Source: an uncultured Bifidobacterium sp. (GTDB taxonomy: Bacteria; Verrucomicrobiota; Verrucomicrobiia; Limisphaerales; JADLHS01). From it: a DNA stretch of 64,000 bases. The notes below the pieces were generated by a model, which saw only the letters and a program-made list of their open reading frames with translations, was not told the DNA's origin and ran no database searches. A program made the translations under genes and the position numbers. The stretch is taken from the NCBI GenBank assembly GCA_964539515.1, contig CAZIJO010000003.1:21490-85489 (forward strand). The letters run 5' to 3'. This document shows, piece after piece, positions 47,317 through 56,829 of this stretch (position 1 is its first letter; each line of letters begins with the position of its first letter).

Positions 47317-48351
47317 ATGAAAATAAGAGTCATCGCCGTCGCCCTGTTGGCCGTGCTGACAGCCTTTATGCCGCCCATGGCTCGCGCCTGGGATTATGAG
47401 GGTCACCGGGTCGTGAATCAGCTGGCCCTGGCCGCCTTGCCGGCGAGTTTTCCGGCCTTTGCGCTAACGCCGCAAGCGCGCGAGCGCATTGCCTTCCTCG
47501 GGGGCGAACCCGATCGCTGGCGCAACATCACGAACGATCCGGCGCTCCCGCATGCCAATGGACCGGATCATTACCTGGATTTGGAGGAGCTGGCCGCATA
47601 CGGCCTGACCGCCGACACGTTGCCGAATCTGCGTTACGACCTGGCGGCCCGTCTGGCGATTGCCCGGGCCGCCCACCCGGAGCGCTTCGATCCGATTGAT
47701 CCTTTGAAGAACCGGGACCACACGCGGGAACTCATCGGTTTCGCGCCGTACACCATCACGGAGTATTGCGGCAAGCTGCGGTCCGGTTTTTCCTACCTCA
47801 AAGCATATCAGGAGTACGGCGGCACGCCGGAGGAAATCGCCAATGCCCAGGCCAACATCGTTTACGTCATGGGGGTGATGGGGCACTTCGTTGGCGATGG
47901 CGCCCAACCCTTGCACGTGACCCGGCATCATCACGGTTGGGTGGGCGCCAATCCGAAGGGCTACACGACGAACGCCAGTTTTCATGCCTGGATTGACGGT
48001 GGCTTTTTCAAAAAAACCGGTGGCATCAACGCCGCACCACTGGTGGGAAGAATCCGTCCGGCGATCATCGTGGGCGATCCCCTGAAACCAGAAGATCTGT
48101 TCCGCCAGGTCATGATTTATCTCGGTCAGACCTATCAACAGCTCGAACCGCTTTACCAGCTGGAGAAGGAGAAGAAACTAACTTCGGAGAATGCGCCGGC
48201 GGGCGAGGGCCGGGCGTTTCTCGAGGGCCAGCTCGTGAAGGGCGGGCAGATGCTGGGCAATTTGTGGTTTTCCGCGTGGCAACAGGCGACGGAAGACAAA
48301 TACCTCATCCGCCAACTGACCGAACGGATGGCGGCGAACAGTGGCAAGTGA
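47317..48351 (+). CDS. secreted S1/P1 nuclease-like (Zn-dependent PLC/nuclease fold) protein
   Basis: Signal peptide then W-DYEGH; PDRWR, HYLD, GHFVGDGAQPLH, FHAWID. Confidence 0.8.
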   Translation: MKIRVIAVALLAVLTAFMPPMARAWDYEGHRVVNQLALAALPASFPAFALTPQARERIAFLGGEPDRWRNITNDPALPHANGPDHYLDLEELAAYGLTADTLPNLRYDLAARLAIARAAHPERFDPIDPLKNRDHTRELIGFAPYTITEYCGKLRSGFSYLKAYQEYGGTPEEIANAQANIVYVMGVMGHFVGDGAQPLHVTRHHHGWVGANPKGYTTNASFHAWIDGGFFKKTGGINAAPLVGRIRPAIIVGDPLKPEDLFRQVMIYLGQTYQQLEPLYQLEKEKKLTSENAPAGEGRAFLEGQLVKGGQMLGNLWFSAWQQATEDKYLIRQLTERMAANSGK

Positions 48352-48374
48352 GCGAACCTGTTTCTCGAGCGAAC

Positions 48375-48740
48375 ATGACCAACCCTACGGCCATCCGTGT
48401 GGCAGCGCTGCTGGGCTTTCTGGCCGTGGCGCTCGGGGCGTTTGGGGCGCACGGATTGAAAGACTTGCTGGCACAAAACCACACCGCGGCCATCTGGGAG
48501 AAAGCGGTGTTCTACCACTTCATCCATACCCTGATGCTGTTCGTGCTGGCGCAACGCCGGCCGATACCCAGCGGCCCCTGGCTGAGTTTCCTGGCGGGAA
48601 TCCTGATTTTCTCCGGTTCGCTCTACCTGCTCGCCGTGACGAATACAAAATGGCTAGGTGCCATCACGCCGCTCGGCGGGCTGAGCTTTCTGGTGGGCTG
48701 GGGATGGCTTTTGCTGCGGGCGCGAAAACTGGCGGAATAG
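48375..48740 (+). CDS. DUF423 membrane protein
   Basis: ALGAFGAHGL, AVFYHFIH, FSGSLYLLA, GAITPLGG. Confidence 0.93.
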   Translation: MTNPTAIRVAALLGFLAVALGAFGAHGLKDLLAQNHTAAIWEKAVFYHFIHTLMLFVLAQRRPIPSGPWLSFLAGILIFSGSLYLLAVTNTKWLGAITPLGGLSFLVGWGWLLLRARKLAE

Positions 48741-48860
48741 ATCGGTGCTGTTCTAAAGGTGGTGGCTTCAGGCAGAAACCAACCTGCCGTTGCTTTCGAT
48801 TGTAACGCCTAGGTGGAAATCCCCGTTGCCAGACCGAGAGGCGTCCGTTATATCGACAGC

Positions 48861-49490
48861 ATGAAATCAACCCGGCCAGGACGTCGCCGTCCGGTGACCC
48901 AGTTCCGTGCCGGAGGATTTTCCCTCATTGAAATGATGATTGTGCTGGCAATCATTCTGGTCTTGTACGCGATGTATTTCGGTTTTGGCTCCCGTCAAAA
49001 TCAAATGCAGCAAAAGAAAAAGTGTTCGACCAACCTGCAAAAAATCGCCGTGGCAATGCAGATTTATGCCAATGACAGCGCCGACCGGTATCCCGTGGTT
49101 CCCGGCGCGCGGTCGGCCGAGGAAGCTCTGGCCGGCCTGGTGCCGCGCTATGCCGCGGACACGGCCATCTTCGTTTGTCCGGGGAGCAAGGATTCGCCCT
49201 TGCCGCCGGGCGAGCCGCTGCCGAAAGGCCGGATCAGTTACGCCTATTACATGGGACGAGCGGTGTCCAATCCGCAGGCGGTGCTGATGAGCGATCGGCA
49301 GACCGACGCCCTCGCAAAGGCGGCCGGGCAGGCGGCCTTTTCCCCGACGGGCAAGCCACCGGGCAACAACCATCACAAGTACGGTGGCAACCTGCTATTG
49401 GGTGACGGCAGCGTGCTGGGATCGCCAGCGGTGTTGGTGATGCCGCTGCCGCTCGCGACAAACGTGGTGCTGTTAAACCCAAAACCGTAG
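48861..49490 (+). CDS. prepilin-type N-terminal cleavage/methylation protein with H-X9-DG-like tail
   Basis: GGFSLIEMMIVLAII, KCSTNLQKI, FVCP, NHHKYGGNLLLGDGSV. Confidence 0.85.
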   Translation: MKSTRPGRRRPVTQFRAGGFSLIEMMIVLAIILVLYAMYFGFGSRQNQMQQKKKCSTNLQKIAVAMQIYANDSADRYPVVPGARSAEEALAGLVPRYAADTAIFVCPGSKDSPLPPGEPLPKGRISYAYYMGRAVSNPQAVLMSDRQTDALAKAAGQAAFSPTGKPPGNNHHKYGGNLLLGDGSVLGSPAVLVMPLPLATNVVLLNPKP

Positions 49491-49496
49491 TGGCCA

Positions 49497-51926
49497 ATGA
49501 AGATCCAATGTGATTGCGGCGCAAAATACGCCTTCGACGTTTCGGTCGAAATGGTCCGGCAGCCAGTGAAATTTGTCTGCCCTGGCTGCGGGTTGGATTC
49601 GTCCGTGCGAGTGAATGCGCTGATTCAGCAGCAGTTCAGCCAGGCAAGCGGGACCGGGGAGGACGCTGCTCCGGCGGTGGCCATAGTGCCGCCACCAACG
49701 TCAACCCCGGAGCCGACGGCGCCGTCCGCGCCCGCGCCAATGGCGCCACGTGTCCGGTTGAGTCACGGCGGGCAGGCGGCATCGGCTGCCGAGACAGCGG
49801 ATGTGAAGGACACGCGGTTTTGTTCCAAGCATCCGCAACAGCGGGTGACGGGCCAATGTCGCGTCTGCGGGAAATCGATCTGTCCGAAGTGCATGGAGCT
49901 GTTTGGCTATGTCTGTTCGCCGCATTGCCAGGAAAAGGCGGATTTGCAGGGCATTGACATTCCGGTTTATGCCGGCCGGAAATCCGTGGTCGAGCGTCAA
50001 CGCTGGAACAAGATTGGCCTGGTGTTCAAACTGGCCGCCTTGCTGGTGGTTGTGTTCATCGGGCTGTGGATTTGGTTCGAGTTCTTTCTCTCGCGACCCC
50101 ATACCGCTTTCGCGGTTCGCTTTGAGAATGAACCGGCCATGTCCGGTGTGAGTGCGCTGAGCGACCCTGGGCAGCTGGTGTTCATTCATGGCGACAAACT
50201 GGCCCGATACGATCTCAAAACCAAAAAGGAAGTCTGGCGTCGCCAGCTCGTCGACAAGAAGACAATGGCCGAGAAGGCCGCCCGGGAACTCAAAGAGATG
50301 CAGTCCGCGGAGCAAAGAGGCGAGAGCTTGTTCAAGGTTCCACAACTTGAGGAACTGATCCGCGACAGGACCCGGGCGGCCGAGCGTGACTTGGATTTGT
50401 ATGTGCACGATCAAAACCTCTGGGTGGCGGTGGATGGCAAGCTGGTGCGCTACGATTGGGATTCCGGTGCGCCCCGGCAGGAGCTCGCCGTCACGGACGA
50501 TTCCTCCCGCGCCCGGAAGCTCGGGGAGGAGATCGAATGGCGCACCGGGTACGGTGAAGGGCTCATGACCATTACCCGCTTCAATTTGGCGTCCGGGAAG
50601 GCGCGGACGAACCAGCTCGGCGAGGTGCCCGTTTCCCCGGGCGCGCCGACGGCCACGAACGCGGTTGTCGGCAAAACCACCCGCCCGCCCGCCGCGAAGT
50701 CAGCCGCCGCCCGGAAAGCACCGGTCGAGCCCGCCCAAAAACTGGATCCGCAGAAGCTCGCCACGCAACTGGCCGAAGCCCCGGCCGCAGCAAAGATTGC
50801 TGGCCCGGCGACGATTGCCACTGCGGCCAACCAGGAACGCACGCTGGCCGAAATGCGTTCCCAGGACGAAAACATTCCCGTTCGCCCGGCGGCGAAAACC
50901 GGGCCGAATTACGCCGATCATTTCACGGTCGTTCCCACGCGGGATGGTTTTGTGCAGTTTTCCCGGCGACTGATCGAGGAAAAGTTCATCAGTCACACGG
51001 CCATGAAAGCGCCGCCCAAGAAATCCGCCCTCAATGGGAACTTGTCGGTGACGGCCACGGTGGATGTGGCCAACGAATTACTCAACGAAATGCAACGCAA
51101 CGCGGGCGGTGATCAAGTGGTGGAGGATGTGAGCCGATACGCCGTGAAGGTGCGGATCGGTGATGGGAAGAATGCGGCCGACTGGGTGGGCGAAGTCGTC
51201 GGTCGGCCCGCGCTGTATCCGCTATCCAGCGGCAATGCGATCGTCGCGGGCAAGACCCTCGTGGTCCTCGATAAATCCAACCGGCAAAAATGGCAGAGTG
51301 CGCTCAGTTACCCGGTCCTCGGCGGCGGTGGGGAATCCGTTGACGACGGGGACGAAGCGGAGGAGCACAGCGGGCTCGGTCCCGTGGTGGAGCGCGGTGA
51401 TACCCTCTACGTTTTCGATCAAGGTGTATTGAGCGCGTTCGAACTTGCGACCGGCAACGCCCATTGGCGGCTGCCCTCGGTCGGTATCTCCGGACTTTAC
51501 TTTGATGATTCCGGGATGATTTATGTGAACACCACGACGGCCAGCCCGGAGAACATCAAGTATTCCAAACAGATTGACGTGAGTGATCGGATTAATCCTG
51601 TGGTTCTCAAACTGGATCCCAAGACGGGCAAGGAACTTTGGCAGCAAACGCTGAGCGGCAACATCAGCTATCTCGCCGGCCAGTATATCTATTGCATCGC
51701 TTTCACCGGCCCGCGCGACGATGAGGACGAGATCAACTCTGATCTGGCGGTGCTGGGCATGGAAAAAAGGCCCTATCTGCGCATCCGGCGGATCAATCCC
51801 AAGAACGGCCGGATCCTGTGGGAGCACTTTCAGCAGCGCGGGCCGCTGAACGTGCAGATTGACCGCAACACCATCCAACTGGTCTTCAAACGCGAGGTGC
51901 AGGTGCTGAAATACCTGTCCTTCTGA
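49497..51926 (+). CDS. Zn-ribbon/B-box + TM + PQQ-like beta-propeller protein
   Basis: CDCG...CPGCG; CSKH...CRVCGKSICPKC; one TM helix; propeller-like repeats (AFELATGNAHW, KLDPKTGKELW, RINPKNGRILW). Confidence 0.75.
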   Translation: MKIQCDCGAKYAFDVSVEMVRQPVKFVCPGCGLDSSVRVNALIQQQFSQASGTGEDAAPAVAIVPPPTSTPEPTAPSAPAPMAPRVRLSHGGQAASAAETADVKDTRFCSKHPQQRVTGQCRVCGKSICPKCMELFGYVCSPHCQEKADLQGIDIPVYAGRKSVVERQRWNKIGLVFKLAALLVVVFIGLWIWFEFFLSRPHTAFAVRFENEPAMSGVSALSDPGQLVFIHGDKLARYDLKTKKEVWRRQLVDKKTMAEKAARELKEMQSAEQRGESLFKVPQLEELIRDRTRAAERDLDLYVHDQNLWVAVDGKLVRYDWDSGAPRQELAVTDDSSRARKLGEEIEWRTGYGEGLMTITRFNLASGKARTNQLGEVPVSPGAPTATNAVVGKTTRPPAAKSAAARKAPVEPAQKLDPQKLATQLAEAPAAAKIAGPATIATAANQERTLAEMRSQDENIPVRPAAKTGPNYADHFTVVPTRDGFVQFSRRLIEEKFISHTAMKAPPKKSALNGNLSVTATVDVANELLNEMQRNAGGDQVVEDVSRYAVKVRIGDGKNAADWVGEVVGRPALYPLSSGNAIVAGKTLVVLDKSNRQKWQSALSYPVLGGGGESVDDGDEAEEHSGLGPVVERGDTLYVFDQGVLSAFELATGNAHWRLPSVGISGLYFDDSGMIYVNTTTASPENIKYSKQIDVSDRINPVVLKLDPKTGKELWQQTLSGNISYLAGQYIYCIAFTGPRDDEDEINSDLAVLGMEKRPYLRIRRINPKNGRILWEHFQQRGPLNVQIDRNTIQLVFKREVQVLKYLSF

Positions 51927-51945
51927 TCTCGCGGGCCGGCTGCAA

Positions 51946-53061
51946 TCAAACCGTTTCCGGTAGCTGGCGGAGCAAATTCTGGAGAAACACCACGTTGTCG
52001 CATTCGACGTAGTTCATCGTGCCGCCCATGCGGGCGAAGCTCTTGCAAAACCGAAGGTAGTACGCGGGATTGTCCTTGGGCGGTTCGCCGGTGCTCCAGT
52101 CCCAGTTCCCGCCGTCTTGAATGTCCACGACGTAAATCGTATGGCCACTGACGATTTTGCGCCCGGCTTGCAGGCGCAGATTGTTCACGCAACTGAGGCT
52201 CTTCTCAAACACCTGCGGCGCCATGATGGCCGAACCGACGGACAAGACCACGCCGCCGTCCAGTCCGTCCACCGCGCGGCCAAAGAGTCCGAAGTCGGTC
52301 GTGGCGGCCCGGCCGATGGCCGCGCCGTTGAACATCGGGTGATTGGAAATGATGTCGTAACCAATGCCGGGATGAACGGTGAGCGGAACATTGTGCCGGA
52401 AAGCCTGCGCGAGAATGGAACTCGCCGGATGCCGGTGCTTGACTTCGATCCGGCCGGCCGGAAGGGTGTGCGCGATCATGGCCTGCAACAATTCGGCGCG
52501 GGCCGGCGCGAGCGGGTGCGTCGGCTCGGTGCTCAAAGATTGCTTGAGGGCATCCATCGCGGGCAGCGTCGTGCCGTCCTCAACGATGAAGCGACCCAGG
52601 CTGCGTCCGTAACCTTCCCCGCGCAACGCGCCCGCCAGCAGGGCCAGATGAATATTACGACCGGTTTCGTCCCAGGTGCCGAACGTGCCGGTGGCGACAT
52701 TATCGCGAACACTCTCCGCGGTCCGGCCCTGGAAGGCGAGTTCCCAATCGTGGATCGTGCCGGCGCCGTTGGTGGCCAGGTGCGTGACCCACCCTCCCGC
52801 GACGAGCCCATTGACCACCTCCAGCAAGCCATTTTTTACAAGGTGCGCGCCGTAGAGCAGCATGACGCTTGCGCCGCGGTTGCGAGCCGCGGTGACTTTC
52901 GCCACGCAGTCACGGATATGCGCCGTCATCCCCGCGGAACAGGCGGTGTCTCCACTGCTGACTCCCGTCAGGAGTTCTTCCAAGGTGCTGAGATTTCGCC
53001 GCTGGGCCAGCGGGTAGGCTTTGATCTTTTTGAGGTCGAGCGGCGTTGGGAAGTCTTTCAT
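51946..53061 (-). CDS. conserved hypothetical protein, deoxyhypusine-synthase-like fold
   Basis: YGAHLVKNG, ATNGAGTIHDWE, TVHPGIGYDII, VGSAIMAPQVFEK. Confidence 0.65.
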   Translation of the reverse strand: MKDFPTPLDLKKIKAYPLAQRRNLSTLEELLTGVSSGDTACSAGMTAHIRDCVAKVTAARNRGASVMLLYGAHLVKNGLLEVVNGLVAGGWVTHLATNGAGTIHDWELAFQGRTAESVRDNVATGTFGTWDETGRNIHLALLAGALRGEGYGRSLGRFIVEDGTTLPAMDALKQSLSTEPTHPLAPARAELLQAMIAHTLPAGRIEVKHRHPASSILAQAFRHNVPLTVHPGIGYDIISNHPMFNGAAIGRAATTDFGLFGRAVDGLDGGVVLSVGSAIMAPQVFEKSLSCVNNLRLQAGRKIVSGHTIYVVDIQDGGNWDWSTGEPPKDNPAYYLRFCKSFARMGGTMNYVECDNVVFLQNLLRQLPETV

Positions 53062-53269
53062 GTCGCGCCGGTATTTAAGCAGGGTGGAACTCGGATGAAA
53101 ACGGATTTCTTGCCCGGTCGCCTTCGAGGGGCAGGGCTTCCGTGCGCCGTCGCGGAGTGGCGGTTCACCCGCCAGTCGTTGAGCCGGCGCATCCTGGCCG
53201 ACGGAAAGTGCTCACGTATATCCGGGTGGTTTGAAGGTTTCGTGTGGCGTCACCGGCTTCGACCGCATT

Positions 53270-53319
53270 CCGGTTGGCAGGATGCCAACCTCCACGCCAG
53301 GCAAGATGGCCGACCCTAC
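53270..53319. repeat. REP-like palindrome (GGCAGGATGCC family)
   Basis: GGTTGGCA-GGA-TGCCAACC hairpin followed by caggcaagatggccgaccctac. Confidence 0.65.
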
Positions 53320-53361
53320 ATTCCCTGTCCGATTCTGCCCTTGGCGGCTACTATAGGGTGA

Positions 53362-54882
53362 GTGAAAGACCAGACCGACGCCCAATTGCTGCGCGCCTAT
53401 GCGGAACACCGCTCCGATCCGGCCTTTGCCGAACTGGTGCGCCGCCATGTGGATATCGTCTATTCCGCCGCGTTGCGCATGGTTTGTGACGCGCACCTCG
53501 CGCAAGACGTGACCCAAGGCGTGTTCCTCGCCCTCGCCCGGAACGCCGCCAGGCTCACGGATCGAGCGGTTTTGTCCGGTTGGCTACATCGCACCGCGCA
53601 GAACATCGCTGCGCAGACCGTCCGCACGGATGTGCGCCGCCGGAGCCGGGAACAGGAGGCCGCCGCCATGAACGAATTGCTTGCCGCTGAACCAAACGCC
53701 GTCTGGGAGCACATTGCGCCGTTGCTCGACACCGCGCTCGGCGAACTGAGCGATGCGGACCGTGACGCGCTGTTGCTCCGCTACTTTGAACGCAAGTCCG
53801 CGAACGAGATGGCGGCAACGCTGGGCATCAGCGACGAAGCCGCGCAAAAGAGAGTAAACCGCGCCGTGGAACGCCTCCGCGGGCTATTTGCCAATCGCGG
53901 CATTACCGTTGGCGCGAGCGGACTCGTCGTCGTAATCACGGCCAATGCCGTCCACGCCGCGCCCCCTGGGTTGGTCGTCACGATTTCATCCGTTGCCACG
54001 CTGGCTGCGACAACCTTGATGACCACCGCCACCAATGCCGTGACCATGACCACCATGCAAAAGCTTGTGGTTGCCACCATCTTGGTGGCCAGTTTAGGCA
54101 CGCCCGTGCTCGTTCAAGTCCACGCTCAAAAACAATTGGCTGAACAAGTGCGCGCGTTGCAGCGCCAGGCAGATCTTTTGGCCGAACTAAAAGCGAGGAA
54201 TGAAAAGCTCACAAACCTCCTGACCGAAACCAAAAGTTCGAGTGCGGTCCACGGAGACCAATTCATGGAACTGTTGCGGCTTCGTGGTCAGGTGGGTCGC
54301 TTGAGCCGGGAGGTTCAGGCACTGAAACAACTGAACGCTTCAAGTTCGACAAACGCCGGCAATAACTTCGCAACTACGAGTAGAATCTGGTCGGAACGTG
54401 CAACCCAACTCCGGCAATGGCTGGAGGCGAATCCGGCTGGAAGAATTCCCGAACTGCAGTTTCTCACCGAGCAGGAATGGATTGAGTCCATCCATCCGCT
54501 GGCGCTTAGCACCGACGAGGAATACCGTCGTGCTGTCAGTAATCTCCGAGCCAATGCGGAGTCGCGCGTGCTCGACGTCCTGCAGGGTGCGCTTTGGCAG
54601 TTTGGACTGTCAAATGCAGGCCGATTCCCAAGCGAACTCACCCAACTGAAACCCTATTTGGGCTCAAGCTTGGATGACGCTATTCTCAATCGTTACGAGA
54701 TCGTGCGCACGAAAGATTTGGTCGGGGAACTGCAACTCGGGGAAGATTGGGCGATCACCCAGAAAGTTCCGGTGGACGACGTTTGGGACGCGCGGCTGAC
54801 GATCGGGATGACGGGTGGTGGCATGGCCGACAGCCGGGTGACCAATCGCTGGCGGCAACGGCACGGACAAGGTAATGAGTAG
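53362..54882 (+). CDS. ECF sigma factor with long C-terminal extension (TM + coiled coil + globular domain)
   Basis: TDAQLL...AFAELVRRH..IVYSAALR, AQDVTQGVF, GWL (sigma region 2); DRDALLLRYFE...MAATLGISDEAAQKRVNRA (region 4). Confidence 0.92.
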   Translation: MKDQTDAQLLRAYAEHRSDPAFAELVRRHVDIVYSAALRMVCDAHLAQDVTQGVFLALARNAARLTDRAVLSGWLHRTAQNIAAQTVRTDVRRRSREQEAAAMNELLAAEPNAVWEHIAPLLDTALGELSDADRDALLLRYFERKSANEMAATLGISDEAAQKRVNRAVERLRGLFANRGITVGASGLVVVITANAVHAAPPGLVVTISSVATLAATTLMTTATNAVTMTTMQKLVVATILVASLGTPVLVQVHAQKQLAEQVRALQRQADLLAELKARNEKLTNLLTETKSSSAVHGDQFMELLRLRGQVGRLSREVQALKQLNASSSTNAGNNFATTSRIWSERATQLRQWLEANPAGRIPELQFLTEQEWIESIHPLALSTDEEYRRAVSNLRANAESRVLDVLQGALWQFGLSNAGRFPSELTQLKPYLGSSLDDAILNRYEIVRTKDLVGELQLGEDWAITQKVPVDDVWDARLTIGMTGGGMADSRVTNRWRQRHGQGNE

Positions 54883-54909
54883 TATCCATCGGTCTTTGGG
54901 GGACGAACT

Positions 54910-55644
54910 ATGACAAAATTCAAACTCACTCTGCTGCTTGCCACCATCGCTGCGAGTCTGGTGGTGACTTTGTTTCTCTTCCGCACCGCCCAGGTGAAGT
55001 TGCGCGAAAATGATAAGACGGTGCTTTGGCAGGACGAGCAGGTGGCCGGGTTGATGGCCGAGCAAGAAAGGATGTCAAACCAATGGGTGGCCGCCGGGAG
55101 CGCCACCAGGAATCAGGAGAGCGAGCTCGCGCGGCTCCGCCGACTGGCGCAGGCGCTGCAGGTGCAGACCAATGAGCTTGCGAATAATCTCGCCCGCCAG
55201 CGACCGATGCAAGTATCCCCGACTGCTGCAAAACGGGAACCGCGTCCGCCCGAATACTACGACGAATTACACCGCCGGGCGGGGGGCAAAACCCGGGATG
55301 CCGTGAATCTCAGCCAGGTGTTCACCAGGTATGCTTCGGATCATCAAGGTCGCTTTCCCTCGAGTTTGGATCAGACAACAACCTATTTACAAAGGGACAA
55401 CCTGCCGCTCAGCGGAACAAACCAATTTGAAATCCTCTATCACGGCTCCATCGACGACCTTAAGGGAATTCCCGGGGGCGCGGTGGCGTTGTTTCGCGAC
55501 CGGCAAACCTGGCTTGCGCCCAGCGGTAAGCCGGCCCGCGTTTATGGCCTGGCCAATGGTTCCTCCCAGATTGTGGAATCGGACGACGATTTCAAGACGT
55601 GGGAAGCGGAGCATGTTTTTTCTTCCTCAGCTGCCAGCCAATGA
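54910..55644 (+). CDS. membrane-anchored protein paralogous to the ECF C-terminal extension
   Basis: TM helix, coiled coil ELARLR, YASDHQGRFPSSLDQ (versus ELLRLR and FGLSNAGRFPSELTQL in the ECF). Confidence 0.7.
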   Translation: MTKFKLTLLLATIAASLVVTLFLFRTAQVKLRENDKTVLWQDEQVAGLMAEQERMSNQWVAAGSATRNQESELARLRRLAQALQVQTNELANNLARQRPMQVSPTAAKREPRPPEYYDELHRRAGGKTRDAVNLSQVFTRYASDHQGRFPSSLDQTTTYLQRDNLPLSGTNQFEILYHGSIDDLKGIPGGAVALFRDRQTWLAPSGKPARVYGLANGSSQIVESDDDFKTWEAEHVFSSSAASQ

Positions 55645-55735
55645 AATCGCCGTCCAATTCAGCGATATGGTTCCGTGATCGTCAACTGGAGAGGGAGTCG
55701 CTTTTTAGGCGCTCGTTTAAGCCGAGGTCGCCGGG

Positions 55736-56623
55736 TTAGATGTCACAAATCCGCACGCCTTGTTTGAGGGAAGCCAGAGCGTCCGGACGCTTCGGAACAA
55801 ATTCCTGCGCGACGAACCCTTTGTAGCCCGTATCCAGGATCGCCTGCATGATGCGGGGGTAGTGGAGTTCCTGGGTATCATCAATCTCCCCGCGGCCCGG
55901 CACGCCGCCTGTATGATAGTGCGCGATAGCTTCGTGGCTCTGTTTGATGGTGGCGCAAATGTCCCCGTCCATGATTTGCATGTGGTAAATGTCGTAGAGG
56001 AGTTTGAAGCGCTCGGAGCCGACCTGCCTGACCAACTCCACCCCCCAGCGGGCGTGATCACACATGTAATCGTGGTGGTCCACCTTGCTGTTGAGCAATT
56101 CCATGATGACCGTGACCTTGTGTTTCTCGGCGAGGGGTGCGATGCGTTTCAACCCCACCGCGCAGTTCGCCAGACCTTGCTCGTCGCTCATGCCTTTGCG
56201 GTTGCCGGAAAAGCAAATCACATTCGGTGCGCCGAACTCAGCGGCGACGGGCAGCGTCTGCGCCATGAACTCGACAATTTTGTCGTGGTTCTCCACGCGG
56301 TTCAGTCCCGAGGTGATGCCGCCGGGCACGCCACTCACGACGGCGCAGGTGAGTCCGTGCTTCTTGAGCGTGGGAAAATCCTTCACTTCGAGCAGTTCAA
56401 CGGATTGCAGCCCGATCTCCTTGGCGGCAACACAGAATTCCTCGAGGGGAATCTTGCCGTAACACCATTTGCAGACGGAGTGGTTGATGCGGCCCTTGAG
56501 TTTGGGAGCGATGGCGGCTTCTGCGGCAGTGAGACGATGCGAGAGACCTGAGGCGACGGCGGCGGCAGCTGAAGTTGCGGCGATTGTGCGAAGCGCGGAA
56601 CGACGGGAGAGTTGCTTTCTCAT
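55736..56623 (-). CDS. hydroxypyruvate isomerase (Hyi)/xylose-isomerase-like TIM-barrel protein with Tat signal
   Basis: SRRSAL Tat motif; ICFSGNR, ELLNSKVDH, LYDIYHMQIMDG, HYHTGGVPGRGE, QEFVP. Confidence 0.9.
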   Translation of the reverse strand: MRKQLSRRSALRTIAATSAAAAVASGLSHRLTAAEAAIAPKLKGRINHSVCKWCYGKIPLEEFCVAAKEIGLQSVELLEVKDFPTLKKHGLTCAVVSGVPGGITSGLNRVENHDKIVEFMAQTLPVAAEFGAPNVICFSGNRKGMSDEQGLANCAVGLKRIAPLAEKHKVTVIMELLNSKVDHHDYMCDHARWGVELVRQVGSERFKLLYDIYHMQIMDGDICATIKQSHEAIAHYHTGGVPGRGEIDDTQELHYPRIMQAILDTGYKGFVAQEFVPKRPDALASLKQGVRICDI

Positions 56624-56721
56624 GAATGGATTCTTACCACGGATGGACCGTGATGGGCACTGATTTTTTATGCGGACTGGCTGGTGGTGGAGACGAATTG
56701 CCGGAGCGGGTTATAATCCGT

Positions 56722-56815
56722 TCTTAATCCTAATCTTCGTCTTGATCGTAATGCCTTTGCCGATCGCGCCGTTCTGCCGGGGAGAATAAGAATACGATTA
56801 AGATTATGATTATGA
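56722..56815. repeat. hexamer-periodic inverted repeat (TAATCT / AGATTA)
   Basis: tcttaatcctaatcttcgtcttgatcgtaat versus aataagaatacgattaagattatgattatga. Confidence 0.7.
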
Positions 56816-56829
56816 ACCTTGGCCCGACG

